Shown: positions 1 through 10,363, numbered from the stretch's first letter. The stretch: 64,000 nt of DNA from an uncultured Geobacter sp. (GCA_903902855.1 CAIUWK010000102.1:21496-85495), one strand, 5' to 3'. The notes: generated by a model from the letters alone, not told the origin. Made by a program: numbers and translations.

Positions 1-5
1 TTTAC

Positions 6-278
6 TTACGCCTCTACTGCGACTGCTATCGCTACCGCTTTTACCTTTTTGGGTTTGCGGACAGTGACACGGGGAGTGGCTGGTACCGCTTCGGGAAGCG
101 GTACAAACGAAGCAGGGTCAGCCTGTTGAAGGCTGTGGTAATGAGAAGAAGAAATTTTTCGGATGATGCCGTCACTGAACTGAATCGTCGCCCGCGTCCC
201 TTCCACCACCATGACCTTACCGGCCCCCCACTGCTCTGCTCCATTGTGGCTGACGAAGGTACCGTTCTTGATATTCAT
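6..278 (-). CDS. Small hypothetical protein (DUF3553-like)
   Basis: ATG at 278 with GGAGG upstream; 'VSHNGAEQWGAGKV..IQF' resembles DUF3553; basic low-complexity tail. Confidence 0.6.
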   Translation of the reverse strand: MNIKNGTFVSHNGAEQWGAGKVMVVEGTRATIQFSDGIIRKISSSHYHSLQQADPASFVPLPEAVPATPRVTVRKPKKVKAVAIAVAVEA

Positions 279-525
279 TATGACTGCCTCCTGAAAAGGT
301 TCGTGATTCGTTACGGGACACTCTCTACACCTTACGCTGTTGCCGGGGGAATAGATAGATAAATCGAAGAAGTAGCAGGGGAGTCGCACTCTGCCGGAGC
401 GGGTCGTGAAACCGGTTCAATTCCCGCCTTGCCGTCTCCGGCGAACTCTGGTATGAAGAAGATACCCTTATTTCGGCGTGCCGTCCGTCCACCCTCCGGC
501 TCACTGCTTTACCCCGGAACCATTC

Positions 526-2256
526 ATGACCTCCCTCATTAGCCCCATGATCGCCATGCTCCTCTTCCTCATCCTCTTCCCCGTCCCGGGAATCGGGCGG
601 GAGTTCGACCCGGAGCGCCCCGTCATCGTCGGTGGCGACCGGGACTACCCCCCCTACGAATTCATGGGTAAAAACGGCACTGCCGCCGGGTTCAATGTGG
701 ATCTCACCCGGGCCATCGCCCGGGTCATGGGGCTCCAGGTAGAGTTCCGGATGGGGGGGTGGAAGGAGATGCGTGACGCTCTTCAGGCGGGGAGGGTGGA
801 TATCCTTCAGGGGATATCCTTCTCCGAGGCCCGGACCAGGAGCGTCGACTTCTCCCCCCCCCACAGTATTGTCAGCCATGCCATCTTTGCCCGTCGGGGG
901 TCGCCACCTCCCCGCTCCCTGGATGATCTCAAGGGGAAAGAGGTCATCGTCTTCCAGAGCGGTATCATGCACGACCTCCTGGAACAGAGGCATACGGCCA
1001 AGCGGTTGATCCTCACCGCCACCCCCGCGGACGCACTCCGGCTCCTGGCCTCGGGGAGTCACGACTACGCCGTGGTGGCGACCCTTCCCGGCAGCTACCT
1101 CATCCGGGAGCTGAAACTCACCAACCTGGTTCCGGCGGCCACAGGGATCGCCTTCTATCCCTACTGCTATGGGGTCCGTAAAGGTGATGACGAACTCCTG
1201 GGCCGGTTCACCGAGGGACTCGCCATCCTCAAGAAGACCGGAGAATACCAGAAGATCCACGACCAATGGCTAGGGGTGCTGGAGCCGCGCTCGCTCTCCT
1301 GGCAGGAGGTGTCCCGCTCCGCCGCCATCGTGGTGGTCCCGCTCTTCCTGGTGCTCTGCGGCGCACTCCTCTGGTCCCGCTCCCTCCGACGGCAGGTGGC
1401 CCTCCGGACGGAATCATTGGCTCGGGAGGTTGAAGAGCGCAAACGTGCCGTGGAGGAGCTCAGGCTCCACCAGGCCCAACTGCTCCAGGCGGACAAGATG
1501 AAGTCTCTGGGGATACTGGTCTCCGGCGTGGCCCACGAGATCAACAACCCCACCGGGCTCATCCTCCTCAACCTCCCCATCCTGCAGGAGGTCTACCGGG
1601 ACGCCGGGGAGCTGCTGGAAGAGCAGTACCGGAAGCAGGGGGATTTTTCCCTGGGGGGAATCCCCTACAGCCGGATGCGGGATCAGGTTCCCATCATGCT
1701 GGACGAAACCCTGGAGGGGGCGCGACGGATCAAGCAGATCGTGGAGGAGCTGAAGGATTTTGCCCGCCCCAACCATGCCGCCGTCAAGGAGCCGCTGGAT
1801 CTCAACTGCGTGGTAAAAACGGCGCTCCGGCTGGTGGAGTCGACGCTGCGCAAGGCCACGAACCGGTTCACGGTAAGCTATGCCGCCCCCCTCCCCCAGT
1901 TCCGGGGAAACCGTCACCGCTTGGAACAGGTGATCGTCAACCTGATCGTCAACGCCTGCCAGTCCCTGACCGACCCCTCCAAGGGGATTTTTCTCGAAAC
2001 CCGCCATAACCGGGAAACCGGGGAGGTGGAACTGCTGGTCCGGGACGAAGGAGTCGGCATCCCGGCCGAGGAGCTCCCCAATCTCACCGACCCGTTCTTC
2101 ACCACCAGACGGGAAGAGGGGGGGACCGGCCTGGGGCTCTCCGTATCAGCCGGGATCGTCAAGGAGCATGACGGCATCCTCAGATTCCAGTCACAACCGG
2201 GCAGCGGCACCACCGTCACCCTGGCGCTACCGGTGGCAGAGGAAAACAGATCATGA
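526..2256 (+). CDS. Sensor histidine kinase with periplasmic amino-acid-binding (SBP_bac_3) domain
   Basis: Signal peptide, 'GGDRDYPPYEF' binding domain, TM helix, H-box 'GVAHEINNP', N-box 'NLIVNACQ', 'DEGVGI', 'GTGLGL'; start uncertain (478/526). Confidence 0.9.
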   Translation: MTSLISPMIAMLLFLILFPVPGIGREFDPERPVIVGGDRDYPPYEFMGKNGTAAGFNVDLTRAIARVMGLQVEFRMGGWKEMRDALQAGRVDILQGISFSEARTRSVDFSPPHSIVSHAIFARRGSPPPRSLDDLKGKEVIVFQSGIMHDLLEQRHTAKRLILTATPADALRLLASGSHDYAVVATLPGSYLIRELKLTNLVPAATGIAFYPYCYGVRKGDDELLGRFTEGLAILKKTGEYQKIHDQWLGVLEPRSLSWQEVSRSAAIVVVPLFLVLCGALLWSRSLRRQVALRTESLAREVEERKRAVEELRLHQAQLLQADKMKSLGILVSGVAHEINNPTGLILLNLPILQEVYRDAGELLEEQYRKQGDFSLGGIPYSRMRDQVPIMLDETLEGARRIKQIVEELKDFARPNHAAVKEPLDLNCVVKTALRLVESTLRKATNRFTVSYAAPLPQFRGNRHRLEQVIVNLIVNACQSLTDPSKGIFLETRHNRETGEVELLVRDEGVGIPAEELPNLTDPFFTTRREEGGTGLGLSVSAGIVKEHDGILRFQSQPGSGTTVTLALPVAEENRS

Positions 2257-3662
2257 CAAACACCTCATGCTACCCAGCCTTCGGACTCCTGCTGGTGGAC
2301 GATGAACCGGCCTGGCTCCGCGCCCTCTCCCTGACCCTGGAGCGTTCCGCCGGGGTCACCAACATCCTCACCTGTAGCGACAGCCGCCAGGTGCTGGCGC
2401 TCCTGGAGAGCCGGGATATCGGACTCGTCCTCCTGGACCTGACCATGCCCCACCTCTCCGGCGAGGAGCTCCTGTCCCGGATTACCGAGAGCTTTCCCGA
2501 CCTCATGGTCATCGTCATCAGCGGGCTGAACCAGGTGGAAAACGCCGTCCGCTGCATGAAGCTGGGCGCCTTCGACTACTTCGTCAAGACCGTGGAAGAG
2601 GATCGTCTTCTGGGTGGGATACTCCGCGCCATCCGGATGAGAGAACTCCAGCAGGAGAACCGGGAGATCTCCAGCCACCTCCTGGCCGGCGAACTCCGGC
2701 GACCGGAAGCCTTCAGCGCCATCATCACCGGGGACCGGACCATGCTCACCATCTTCGGCTACATCGAGGCGGTGGCCGGGAGTCCGCAACCGCTCCTCAT
2801 CACCGGCGAGAGCGGCGTGGGAAAGGAGCTGGTCGCCCGGGCGGCCCACACCCTCAGCGGCTGCCGGGGACCGCTGGTCACCGTCAACGTGGCTGGGGTG
2901 GATGATACCATCTTTGCCGATACCCTCTTCGGCCATCTCCGGGGGGCCTTTACCGGGGCAGATCAGCCGCGGCGGGGGATGATCGAAGAGGCCGCCGACG
3001 GCACCCTCTTTCTGGACGAGATCGGCGACCTGAGCATCCCCTCCCAGGTGAAACTGCTCCGTCTCCTCCAGGAGGGAGAGTACTTCCCACTGGGGAGCGA
3101 CCGCCCCAAGCGGAGCAAGGCCCGGATCATCGTGGCCACGCACCGGGACCTCTCGGCCCGGGAACAGGCAGGGGGGTTCCGGCGGGATCTCTATTTCCGG
3201 CTACGGACCCATCATCTCCATATTCCTCCCCTCCGGGAGCGCAAAGGGGACATCCCGCTCCTTTTGGACCATTTTTTGGCCCAGGCAGCCCACTCCCTGG
3301 GAAAGAAGAAGCCGACCCCCCCCCGGGAGCTGGCGCAACTCCTGGCTACCTACGACTTTCCCGGCAATGTTCGAGAGCTCCGCTCCCTGGTGTACGATGC
3401 CGTCAGCGTCCACCGGGACCGGATACTCTCCATGGAAAGCTTTCTCAAGGTTGCCCTGCGTCCCGAGACGCAGCCGACCACCCCCCTCCCCGTGGCGACG
3501 AACCTCTTCAGCGGCCTCCACCGGCTCCCGACCTTCGGCGAGGCCGCGCAACTCCTGGTAACCGAGGCCATGTCCCGGGCAGGGGGGAACCAGACCATAG
3601 CCGCGCGCCTCCTGGGGATCTCCCAGCCGGCCCTCTCCAAGAGGCTGAAACTGAGCAGATAA
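2253..3662 (+). CDS. Sigma-54-dependent response regulator (NtrC family)
   Basis: REC ('LLVDDE','LLDLTMP'), Walker A 'GESGVGKE', 'GAFTGA', 'LFLDEIG', C-terminal Fis-type HTH; ATGA overlap with the kinase stop. Confidence 0.95.
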   Translation: MTNTSCYPAFGLLLVDDEPAWLRALSLTLERSAGVTNILTCSDSRQVLALLESRDIGLVLLDLTMPHLSGEELLSRITESFPDLMVIVISGLNQVENAVRCMKLGAFDYFVKTVEEDRLLGGILRAIRMRELQQENREISSHLLAGELRRPEAFSAIITGDRTMLTIFGYIEAVAGSPQPLLITGESGVGKELVARAAHTLSGCRGPLVTVNVAGVDDTIFADTLFGHLRGAFTGADQPRRGMIEEAADGTLFLDEIGDLSIPSQVKLLRLLQEGEYFPLGSDRPKRSKARIIVATHRDLSAREQAGGFRRDLYFRLRTHHLHIPPLRERKGDIPLLLDHFLAQAAHSLGKKKPTPPRELAQLLATYDFPGNVRELRSLVYDAVSVHRDRILSMESFLKVALRPETQPTTPLPVATNLFSGLHRLPTFGEAAQLLVTEAMSRAGGNQTIAARLLGISQPALSKRLKLSR

Positions 3663-3684
3663 CACAAAAAAAGGAGGAAATAAC

Positions 3685-4485
3685 ATGAAAACAAGTATCT
3701 GGCTGGTGCTCTGTATGGCCTGCGTCCTCTCTGTCTCTGCCACGGCCTGGGCAAAGGTGGAGGGACGAGAGGTGGAGTACCGGAGCGGGAGTACGCTGCT
3801 CAAGGGGTATCTGGCACAGGAGACAACCGTGAAGGGGAAACGTCCGGCAGTGCTGGTGGTCCATGAGTGGTGGGGCCACAACGAGTATGCCCGGAAGCGG
3901 GCGCGGATGCTGGCCGAACTGGGGTATGTGGCGCTGGCGGTGGACATGTTCGGCGACGGCAAGGTCGCCCAGCACCCCGCTGATGCGGGAAAATTTGCCG
4001 CCGAGGCGATGAAAAACAAAGGGGTGGGGGAGGCCCGCTTCCTGGCCGCCCTGGAGTTCATCCGGCGCCAGCCAAGTGTTGACCCGACCCGGGTCGCGGC
4101 CTTGGGGTACTGTTTCGGCGGCGGAGTGGTGCTTCACATGGCGCGCCAGGGGGCCGACCTGAGAGGGGTCATCAGCTATCACGGCACCCTGGCCACCGAC
4201 ACCCCGGCCGCTCCGGGGAGGGTCAAGGCGAAGATCCTGGTCTTCAACGGCGAGGCGGACAAGATGGTCCCCCGTGAACAGGTAGCGGCCTTCATGAAAG
4301 AGATGACCGCGGCAGGCGCCTTGTACCGCTACCGGGGGTACCCCGGGGTAATGCACAGCTTCACCAACCCGGACGCCGACGCCTTTGCAAAAAAGTTCGA
4401 TCTCCCTCTGGCCTACGACAGGAAGGCGGACGAGGATTCGTGGGGGGAGAGCATAAAATTTCTGAAAGAGGTTTTCGCCAAGTAG
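3685..4485 (+). CDS. Exported dienelactone hydrolase family protein
   Basis: AGGAGG RBS, signal peptide, 'VVHEWWG', nucleophile motif 'GYCFGG', catalytic 'HSF'. Confidence 0.9.
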   Translation: MKTSIWLVLCMACVLSVSATAWAKVEGREVEYRSGSTLLKGYLAQETTVKGKRPAVLVVHEWWGHNEYARKRARMLAELGYVALAVDMFGDGKVAQHPADAGKFAAEAMKNKGVGEARFLAALEFIRRQPSVDPTRVAALGYCFGGGVVLHMARQGADLRGVISYHGTLATDTPAAPGRVKAKILVFNGEADKMVPREQVAAFMKEMTAAGALYRYRGYPGVMHSFTNPDADAFAKKFDLPLAYDRKADEDSWGESIKFLKEVFAK

Positions 4486-4584
4486 CGTCTCTCGCTCCCC
4501 ATTGCCCGGAACCGCTCTGCCCTGTTTTTGTGCAAAGCGCTCTCGGCAACCGACTTTCAGCAGGTTCGGCTCCCCTTCAACCGG

Positions 4585-4732
4585 TTATCAACAGCTTTTT
4601 CCACAGCAACTGTTGAAACGATGCCCAACCTGCTGATTTGTCGATAAAACAGCTTATAAATCAACAAGTTGCATCATGACGGCGACTATGGGGAAAAGTG
4701 GATAACTCACCGGAAACAGGTCAGTATCAACA
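4585..4732. promoter_or_regulatory. Cluster of DnaA-box-like 9-mers around an IHF consensus site
   Basis: TTATCAACA 4585, TTTTCCACA 4597, TTATCGACA (rc) 4639, TTTTCCCCA (rc) 4689, TTATCCACT (rc) 4697, GTATCAACA 4724; AATCAACAAGTTG at 4659-4671 fits WATCAANNNNTTR exactly. Confidence 0.65.
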
Positions 4733-4749
4733 TTTATGGCAGCCTAAGC

Positions 4750-4907
4750 CCTTCTTGAGCTCGTCGACTCAAGGGCACCACCCGACAGAGACGACCCACC
4801 TCCTCATCGCCCGGGAGGTTCGAGAAGTCACCGCAGTAGCGGAACCATCCACCCTGCTCGTCCTCGGCTCGGGCTTCGGAGATATGATGTTATGGAGATG
4901 ACGGTGA
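4750..4907 (+). pseudogene. Remnant 3' end of a PEP-CTERM protein gene
   Basis: 'VTAVAEPSTLLVLGSGFGDMMLWR*R*' is a decayed VPEPSTLLLLGSGL...WRRR sorting signal; no signal peptide or credible start upstream. Confidence 0.6.
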
Positions 4908-4929
4908 TAAGTGACATAACGATAGAGCC

Positions 4930-6433
4930 ATGCTCCTGATCTTCCCCCCTGTGGCCAAACCCAGCGAGCCGCCGGCCGGCATTGCCCGGCTGGCGGCAAC
5001 GCTCCATGACGCCGGTCTCCCCTGCAGAGTCCTTGACGGAAATTGTGAAGGGCTCCTCTGGCTGATGGAACAGCCCCAGGGGGCCGACGACAACTGGAGC
5101 CGCCGAGCAGTGAACAGCCGGGAGCGGCATCTGGCCACCCTGCGGGAACCCCGGAGCTACCGCTCTCCCGATCGGTATGGTCGGGCGGTGAGTGACCTGA
5201 ACCGGCTCCTGGCCATTGCCGGACAGGGGGTGGGTGCGATGGTGGGACTGGCCGACTATCAGCAGCAGGGACTCTCCCCTCTGAGAAGCGCCGACCTGCT
5301 GAGAGCGGCGGAGCATCCTGAGCAGAACCCCTTCTTCCCCTGGTTCAGCAAACGACTCCCCCAGCTACTGGACGGGGTCCGGATGGTGGGCTTTTCTCTG
5401 AATTACCTCAGCCAAGCACTCTGTACCTTTGCCATGATGGGGTACGTCAGGCAACAGTTCCCCGGCGTCACCATGGCGCTGGGGGGGGGGGCTGGTGACG
5501 TCGTGGATGAAGCGCCCTGGCTGGCACACCCCCTTTGGTGGCCTGGTGGATCACCTGGTGGCGGGGCCGGGGGAAGCGGCGCTCCTCGCCCTGGCCGGAG
5601 CCCATGAGCAGCGGCCACGGCACGTCCTGCCGGCCTACGGCTTCCTCCCCCTTCACGACTACCTTGCACCCGGCCTCATCCTCCCCTACAACGCCTCCAG
5701 CGGCTGCTGGTGGAACAACTGCTCCTTCTGCCCCGAGCGGGCCGAGGGGAATCCGTACCGTCAACTGCCGGTGCGGCAGGTGCTGGCAGACCTGCGCTCT
5801 CTCACCGCCACGGAGCGACCGCTCCTCATCCATCTCCTGGACAACGCCATCACCCCTGCCCTGCTGCAGGGACTGGCGGATAATCCCCCCGGAGCCCCCT
5901 GGTACGGCTTCGCCCGCTTCGGCGCGGAACTGGAGGAGCCGGCCTTCTGCGTGGCCTTGCGGGCCTCGGGGTGCGTTATGCTGAAACTGGGGCTGGAGTC
6001 GGGGGACCAAGGGGTCCTGGAGCGGCTGCAGAAGGGGATCGAGCTGGGATCCGCGTCTCGGATACTCATGAACCTGAAGCGGGCGGGAATCGCGGTCTAT
6101 CTCTACCTCCTCTTCGGCACGCCGGCGGAAACGGAAACCGAGGCACGCCGAACCCTGGAGTTCATCGTCAGGCATGGGGAGGCCATCGGCTTTCTGAACC
6201 TGGCGATCTTCAACATGCCGATCTGGGGAGATGAGGCGGCAGGCATGGCCACAGAACCGTTCTATGGCGGAGATCTCTCCCTCTATACCGGCTTCCACCA
6301 CCCCCGTGGCTGGGACCGGAAGCAGGTACGGCGCTTCCTGGACCAAGAATTCAAGAAGGAGTCCGCCGTTGCCACGATCCTGCGCAACGATCCCCCTATC
6401 TTCACCTCCAACCACGCCCCGTTTTTCACCTGA
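4930..6433 (+). CDS. B12-binding-domain/radical SAM protein, frameshifted at G11 tract 5481-5491
   Basis: ORF 4930..5607 ('LLIFPP..EPPAGIARL') and ORF 5495..6433 ('GCWWNNCSFC','LGLESG','LLFGTP') join as 'LGGGLVTSW' if one G is removed. Confidence 0.85.
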
Positions 6434-6503
6434 TGATTTCTCTCTGACCTCTGTGACTCTGTGGTAAGATGCTTTCCGTAAACTACTTATCGAGAGAGCA
6501 GCT

Positions 6504-7493
6504 ATGACCGAGATTCAGAGCCCCCACCCCTTCCAGGCACTCACCCCCAGCTTCATCATGGACGCCGTGGAAAGCTGCGGTTACCGTTGTGACTGTCGCA
6601 CCTTCGCCCTCAACAGCTACGAGAACCGGGTTTATCAGGTGGGGATCGAAGATGACCTGCCGCTCATCGCCAAGTTCTATCGCCCCGGACGGTGGAGCGA
6701 CGAACAGATCTTGGAAGAACACCACTTCTGCCGGGAACTGGTGGAGCACGAACTCTCCGTGGTGGCGCCGCTGGCGGATAAAACCGGAGAAACCCTCCTC
6801 CGGTACGGGGATTTTCGCTTCGCCCTCTACCCCCGCCAGGGGGGGCACGCCCCGGAGTTCGACAATCTGGACAACCTGCTGATCCTGGGGCGGATGCTGG
6901 GGCGCATCCATCAGATCGGCGCGGTGCGCAGCTTCCAACACCGGCCGACCCTTGACCTGCAGAGTTTCGGCCACGCCAGCGTCTCCCTCATCATGGAGCG
7001 GTTCATCCCCATTGAGTACCGCCCCAGCTACACCGCCGTGACTGATCACCTTCTGGAGCGCATCGGTGAAATTCTGACGGAGTCCGGGCCGGTGAGATAC
7101 ATCCGGACCCACGGCGACTGCCATGCGGGAAACATCCTCTGGCGCGATAATGCGCCGCACTTCGTCGACTTTGACGATGCCCGGATGGCACCGGCGGTAC
7201 AGGACCTCTGGATGATGCTCTCCGGCGAGCGTCCCCGTCAGTTGGCCCAACTGGAAGCCCTGGTCAAGGGGTACCGCGAGTTCTGCGACTTTCACCCCCA
7301 GGAACTCCGGCTCATCGAGTCCCTCCGGACCCTCCGGATGCTGCATTACAGCGCCTGGCTGGGTCGCCGCTGGGAAGACCCCATGTTCCCCCGCACGTTC
7401 CCCTGGTTCAATACCATGCAGTATTGGGGTGAGCAGATCCTCCACCTGCGGGAGCAGCTAGGGGCGCTGACGGAGCCGCTGCTGACCATATGA
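6504..7493 (+). CDS. srkA: Stress-response Ser/Thr kinase SrkA/RdoA
   Basis: 'ALNSYENRVYQ','AKFYRPGRWS','HGDCHAGNIL','VDFDD','DLWM','RRWEDPMFP'. Confidence 0.93.
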   Translation: MTEIQSPHPFQALTPSFIMDAVESCGYRCDCRTFALNSYENRVYQVGIEDDLPLIAKFYRPGRWSDEQILEEHHFCRELVEHELSVVAPLADKTGETLLRYGDFRFALYPRQGGHAPEFDNLDNLLILGRMLGRIHQIGAVRSFQHRPTLDLQSFGHASVSLIMERFIPIEYRPSYTAVTDHLLERIGEILTESGPVRYIRTHGDCHAGNILWRDNAPHFVDFDDARMAPAVQDLWMMLSGERPRQLAQLEALVKGYREFCDFHPQELRLIESLRTLRMLHYSAWLGRRWEDPMFPRTFPWFNTMQYWGEQILHLREQLGALTEPLLTI

Positions 7494-7719
7494 AACAGGT
7501 CAAGGTTCAGGTTGACCCAGGGTGAGATCGAGAGTTGGACCTGCTTCTCCCACATTTGTTCATCACCACTGCTTTTTTTGGCGGAAACAGGATTGAAACC
7601 GTTTGCGCTCATGGACAGAGTGTGGCACACTTCACGACCGGTCAGACATCAGAGTTAAGCAAAGGTAAGCACCCATGAAGAGCTACCTGCAACGGATGAA
7701 CAATTTCATAAATGAGAGC

Positions 7720-8427
7720 ATGCCGCTCTTCATCAGGACGCTTCTCCTCTTCTCCCTCTGCCTGCTTCCCCTGGGAGTCCATGCTGCGGAGCTCAAGACG
7801 GTGGTTGGGGCTCTGGAGCAGGGATACCGGACAGTGACGGATGTTCATGCAACCTTTGCCCAGCAGAGCGTCATCGCCGGCATCGACCGGACACAAAAGG
7901 GAGCGGGGGAGTTCTCCCTCCGGAAAGTGCCCGGCGCATCCGCCATGTTCCGCTTTACCTATACGAAACCGCAAAAGCAGGAGATTGTCTGTAACGGCAA
8001 GACGGTCTGGCTCTATATCCCGGACAACAAACAGGTGATGCAGATGGACACTCAGGCCCTCTTCGCCGGTGGAAACGGCATTGCCATCTCCTACCTCACC
8101 GGACTGGGAGAGGTGTCACGGGACTTCACCGTCACCTTCGCCAAGGAACGCCAGGATAAAAAAGGGGACTACCTGTTGGAACTGGTCCCGAAAAAACCCA
8201 GTGCAGTGCTGGCGAAGCTGCTCCTGACGATCTCCGGGAGCGCGGTGGAACAGTTTCTGCAAACCGGGAACCCCGTTGTGCCGTTCCCGGTGGTCGGTTC
8301 CACGGTCATCGATGCCGGAGGGAACCGGACTGCCATGGAGTTCAGCGGCGTACAGAGTAATCGGGGGATCACCCCGTCACGGTTCACCTTCAAGATCCCC
8401 CCAGGGGTTGAAGTAATAAAGCAATAG
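7720..8427 (+). CDS. lolA: Outer-membrane lipoprotein chaperone LolA family
   Basis: Signal peptide, 'ATFAQ', 'MFRFTYTKP', '[16 protein letters not shown]', '[12 protein letters not shown]'; ATG 7720 preferred over 7675. Confidence 0.85.
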   Translation: MPLFIRTLLLFSLCLLPLGVHAAELKTVVGALEQGYRTVTDVHATFAQQSVIAGIDRTQKGAGEFSLRKVPGASAMFRFTYTKPQKQEIVCNGKTVWLYIPDNKQVMQMDTQALFAGGNGIAISYLTGLGEVSRDFTVTFAKERQDKKGDYLLELVPKKPSAVLAKLLLTISGSAVEQFLQTGNPVVPFPVVGSTVIDAGGNRTAMEFSGVQSNRGITPSRFTFKIPPGVEVIKQ

Positions 8428-8440
8428 TTCTGGAGGAAGC

Positions 8441-8926
8441 ATGCCATCATTCGACATCGTATCAAAGATTGATATGCAAGAAGTGGACAACGCAGTCAAC
8501 CAGACCATCAAGGAGATCATCCAGCGGTATGACTTCAAGGGGTCCAAGAGCGAGGTGACTCAGGAGAAGGAGGGGATCAAGATCCTCACGGAAGACGATT
8601 TCCGGCTCAAGGCCATCGTGGACATCCTCCAGTCCAAGTTCCTCAAACGGGGACTTTCCCTCAAGTCACTGGACTACGGCAAGGTGGAGCCCGCCTCCGG
8701 TTCCATGGTGCGCCAACTGATCACCATCCAGCAGGGGATCTCCAAGGAAAAAGCAAAAGAGATCATTGCCGTGATCAAGGAGACCAAGCTCAAGGTCCAG
8801 GCCCAGATCCAGGACGATCAAGTACGGGTAACGGGAAAGAATATCGATGACCTCCAGGAGGCCATTCAGCTCCTCAAGGGGAAAGATCTGGACGTGGAGA
8901 TGCAGTTCATCAACTTCCGGTCGTAA
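8441..8926 (+). CDS. yajQ: YajQ family nucleotide-binding protein
   Basis: '[17 protein letters not shown]','RYDFKG','[12 protein letters not shown]','QFINFR'. Confidence 0.96.
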   Translation: MPSFDIVSKIDMQEVDNAVNQTIKEIIQRYDFKGSKSEVTQEKEGIKILTEDDFRLKAIVDILQSKFLKRGLSLKSLDYGKVEPASGSMVRQLITIQQGISKEKAKEIIAVIKETKLKVQAQIQDDQVRVTGKNIDDLQEAIQLLKGKDLDVEMQFINFRS

Positions 8927-8944
8927 GAGTCATAAGGGGATTTT

Positions 8945-10282
8945 GTGAGCGCAAAACAGAAAGTAAGCATGGTCAGCCTAGGCTGCCCGAAGAACTTGGT
9001 GGATGCCGAGGTGATGCTGGGGTGCCTCCCCTCCGATGAGTACGAGATCACCACGGACGAGAAAGAGGCGGACATCATCATCGTCAACACCTGCTCCTTC
9101 ATCAGGGAAGCCAAACAGGAGAGCATCGACACCATCCTGGATCTGGCGGAGCGGAAACATGATGCCCGCTGCACCCTCCTGGTGGTTACCGGCTGCCTTC
9201 CCCAGCGCTATCAGGAAGAGCTAGGGGCAGAACTGCCCGAGGTGGACATCTTCATCGGCACGGGAGAGTACCCCCGCATTGCCGAGATCCTGGCAGAAAA
9301 ACGGGACACCCCCGGACAGCTGCGCTACGTGGGGGATCCCAACTTCATCTTCGATCCGGATCTCCCCCGGCTGAACTCTTCCCCCTCCTACACGGCCTAC
9401 CTGAAAATTGCGGAGGGGTGCTCCAACTGCTGCACCTACTGCGTGATTCCCTCCCTGCGGGGGGCGCTCCGCTCCCGTCCCATCCAGCAGGTGCTGAAGG
9501 AAGCACGGGAGCTGGTTGCAGGTGGGGTGAAGGAGATCAATCTCATCGCCCAGGACATCACCGCCTACGGCAGGGATCTGGACGAGGGGTTCACCCTGGA
9601 GACACTTCTGGCCGAACTGGTGAAGATAGACGGGCTCCGGTGGCTGCGCCTGCTCTACGCCTATCCCGACGGGATCACCGATGACCTGATCCGAATGATC
9701 CGGGACGAGGAGAAGATCTGCAAGTACCTGGACATCCCGCTCCAGCACATCAGTGATCCGGTCCTGAAGAAGATGGGTCGCCGCGGCGGGGAGATCGAGG
9801 TTCGGCGGCTCATAGGTCGACTCAGGAGCGCCGTTCCCGACTTGGCCATCCGGACTTCCCTCATCGTCGGCTTTCCCGGCGAGAGCGATGACGACTTCCA
9901 GCGCCTGATCCAGTTCGTGGAAGAGGTCCGTTTCGATCGTCTGGGAGTGTTCTGCTACTCCCGGGAGGAGGGAACCCCGGCGGCGGAGATGGAGGATCAG
10001 ATCACCGAACGGGTCAAGCGGCTGCGCTACAAGAAACTGATGAAGGTTCAGGCCCGGGTCTCCTTCAAACAGAACCGGCGACTCATCGGGACCGTGGAGC
10101 AGGTGCTGGTGGAGGGGTACAGCGACGAGACCGACCTCCTCCTCAAGGGGCGTTCGTCCCGTCAGGCGCCGGACATCGACGGTCTGGTCTATATTACCGC
10201 CGGGACCGCCAACGTGGGGGACATTGTCCCGGTCCGGATCACTGATTCGTCCGACTATGACGTCATTGGCGAAATTGTTTGA
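8945..10282 (+). CDS. rimO: Ribosomal protein S12 methylthiotransferase RimO
   Basis: '[10 protein letters not shown]','NTCSFI','GCLPQRY','[16 protein letters not shown]', C-terminal TRAM 'APDIDG'. Confidence 0.96.
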   Translation: MSAKQKVSMVSLGCPKNLVDAEVMLGCLPSDEYEITTDEKEADIIIVNTCSFIREAKQESIDTILDLAERKHDARCTLLVVTGCLPQRYQEELGAELPEVDIFIGTGEYPRIAEILAEKRDTPGQLRYVGDPNFIFDPDLPRLNSSPSYTAYLKIAEGCSNCCTYCVIPSLRGALRSRPIQQVLKEARELVAGGVKEINLIAQDITAYGRDLDEGFTLETLLAELVKIDGLRWLRLLYAYPDGITDDLIRMIRDEEKICKYLDIPLQHISDPVLKKMGRRGGEIEVRRLIGRLRSAVPDLAIRTSLIVGFPGESDDDFQRLIQFVEEVRFDRLGVFCYSREEGTPAAEMEDQITERVKRLRYKKLMKVQARVSFKQNRRLIGTVEQVLVEGYSDETDLLLKGRSSRQAPDIDGLVYITAGTANVGDIVPVRITDSSDYDVIGEIV

Positions 10283-10288
10283 TTTCAC

Positions 10289-10316
10289 TTGACAATCCCG
10301 GCAAGTGGTTTATTAT
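10289..10316 (+). promoter_or_regulatory. Sigma-70 promoter for the dksA-like gene
   Basis: TTGACA (10289) - 16 nt - TATTAT (10311); the TTG start given in the ORF track is this -35 box. Confidence 0.6.
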
Positions 10317-10363
10317 TCCGGAACTTTTTTGACGAGTTCAACCCTGATGTCATGGAGATGCTG

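Noticed and set aside
395-432. tRNA-like T-loop GGTTCAATTCCC
   Set aside because: I could not build an acceptor stem, D arm or anticodon arm around it.
4585-4732. Calling the DnaA-box cluster oriC
   Set aside because: No dnaA, dnaN or gidA nearby and no clear AT-rich unwinding element; GC skew cannot be judged from this window.
4698-4901. 67-aa ORF as an intact gene
   Set aside because: Its GTG start lies inside a DnaA-box-like motif and there is no signal peptide; only the 3' part looks protein-like.
7622-7637. TGGCAC as a sigma-54 promoter upstream of lolA (also near 12236 before ppk2)
   Set aside because: No TTGC -12 element at the required spacing.
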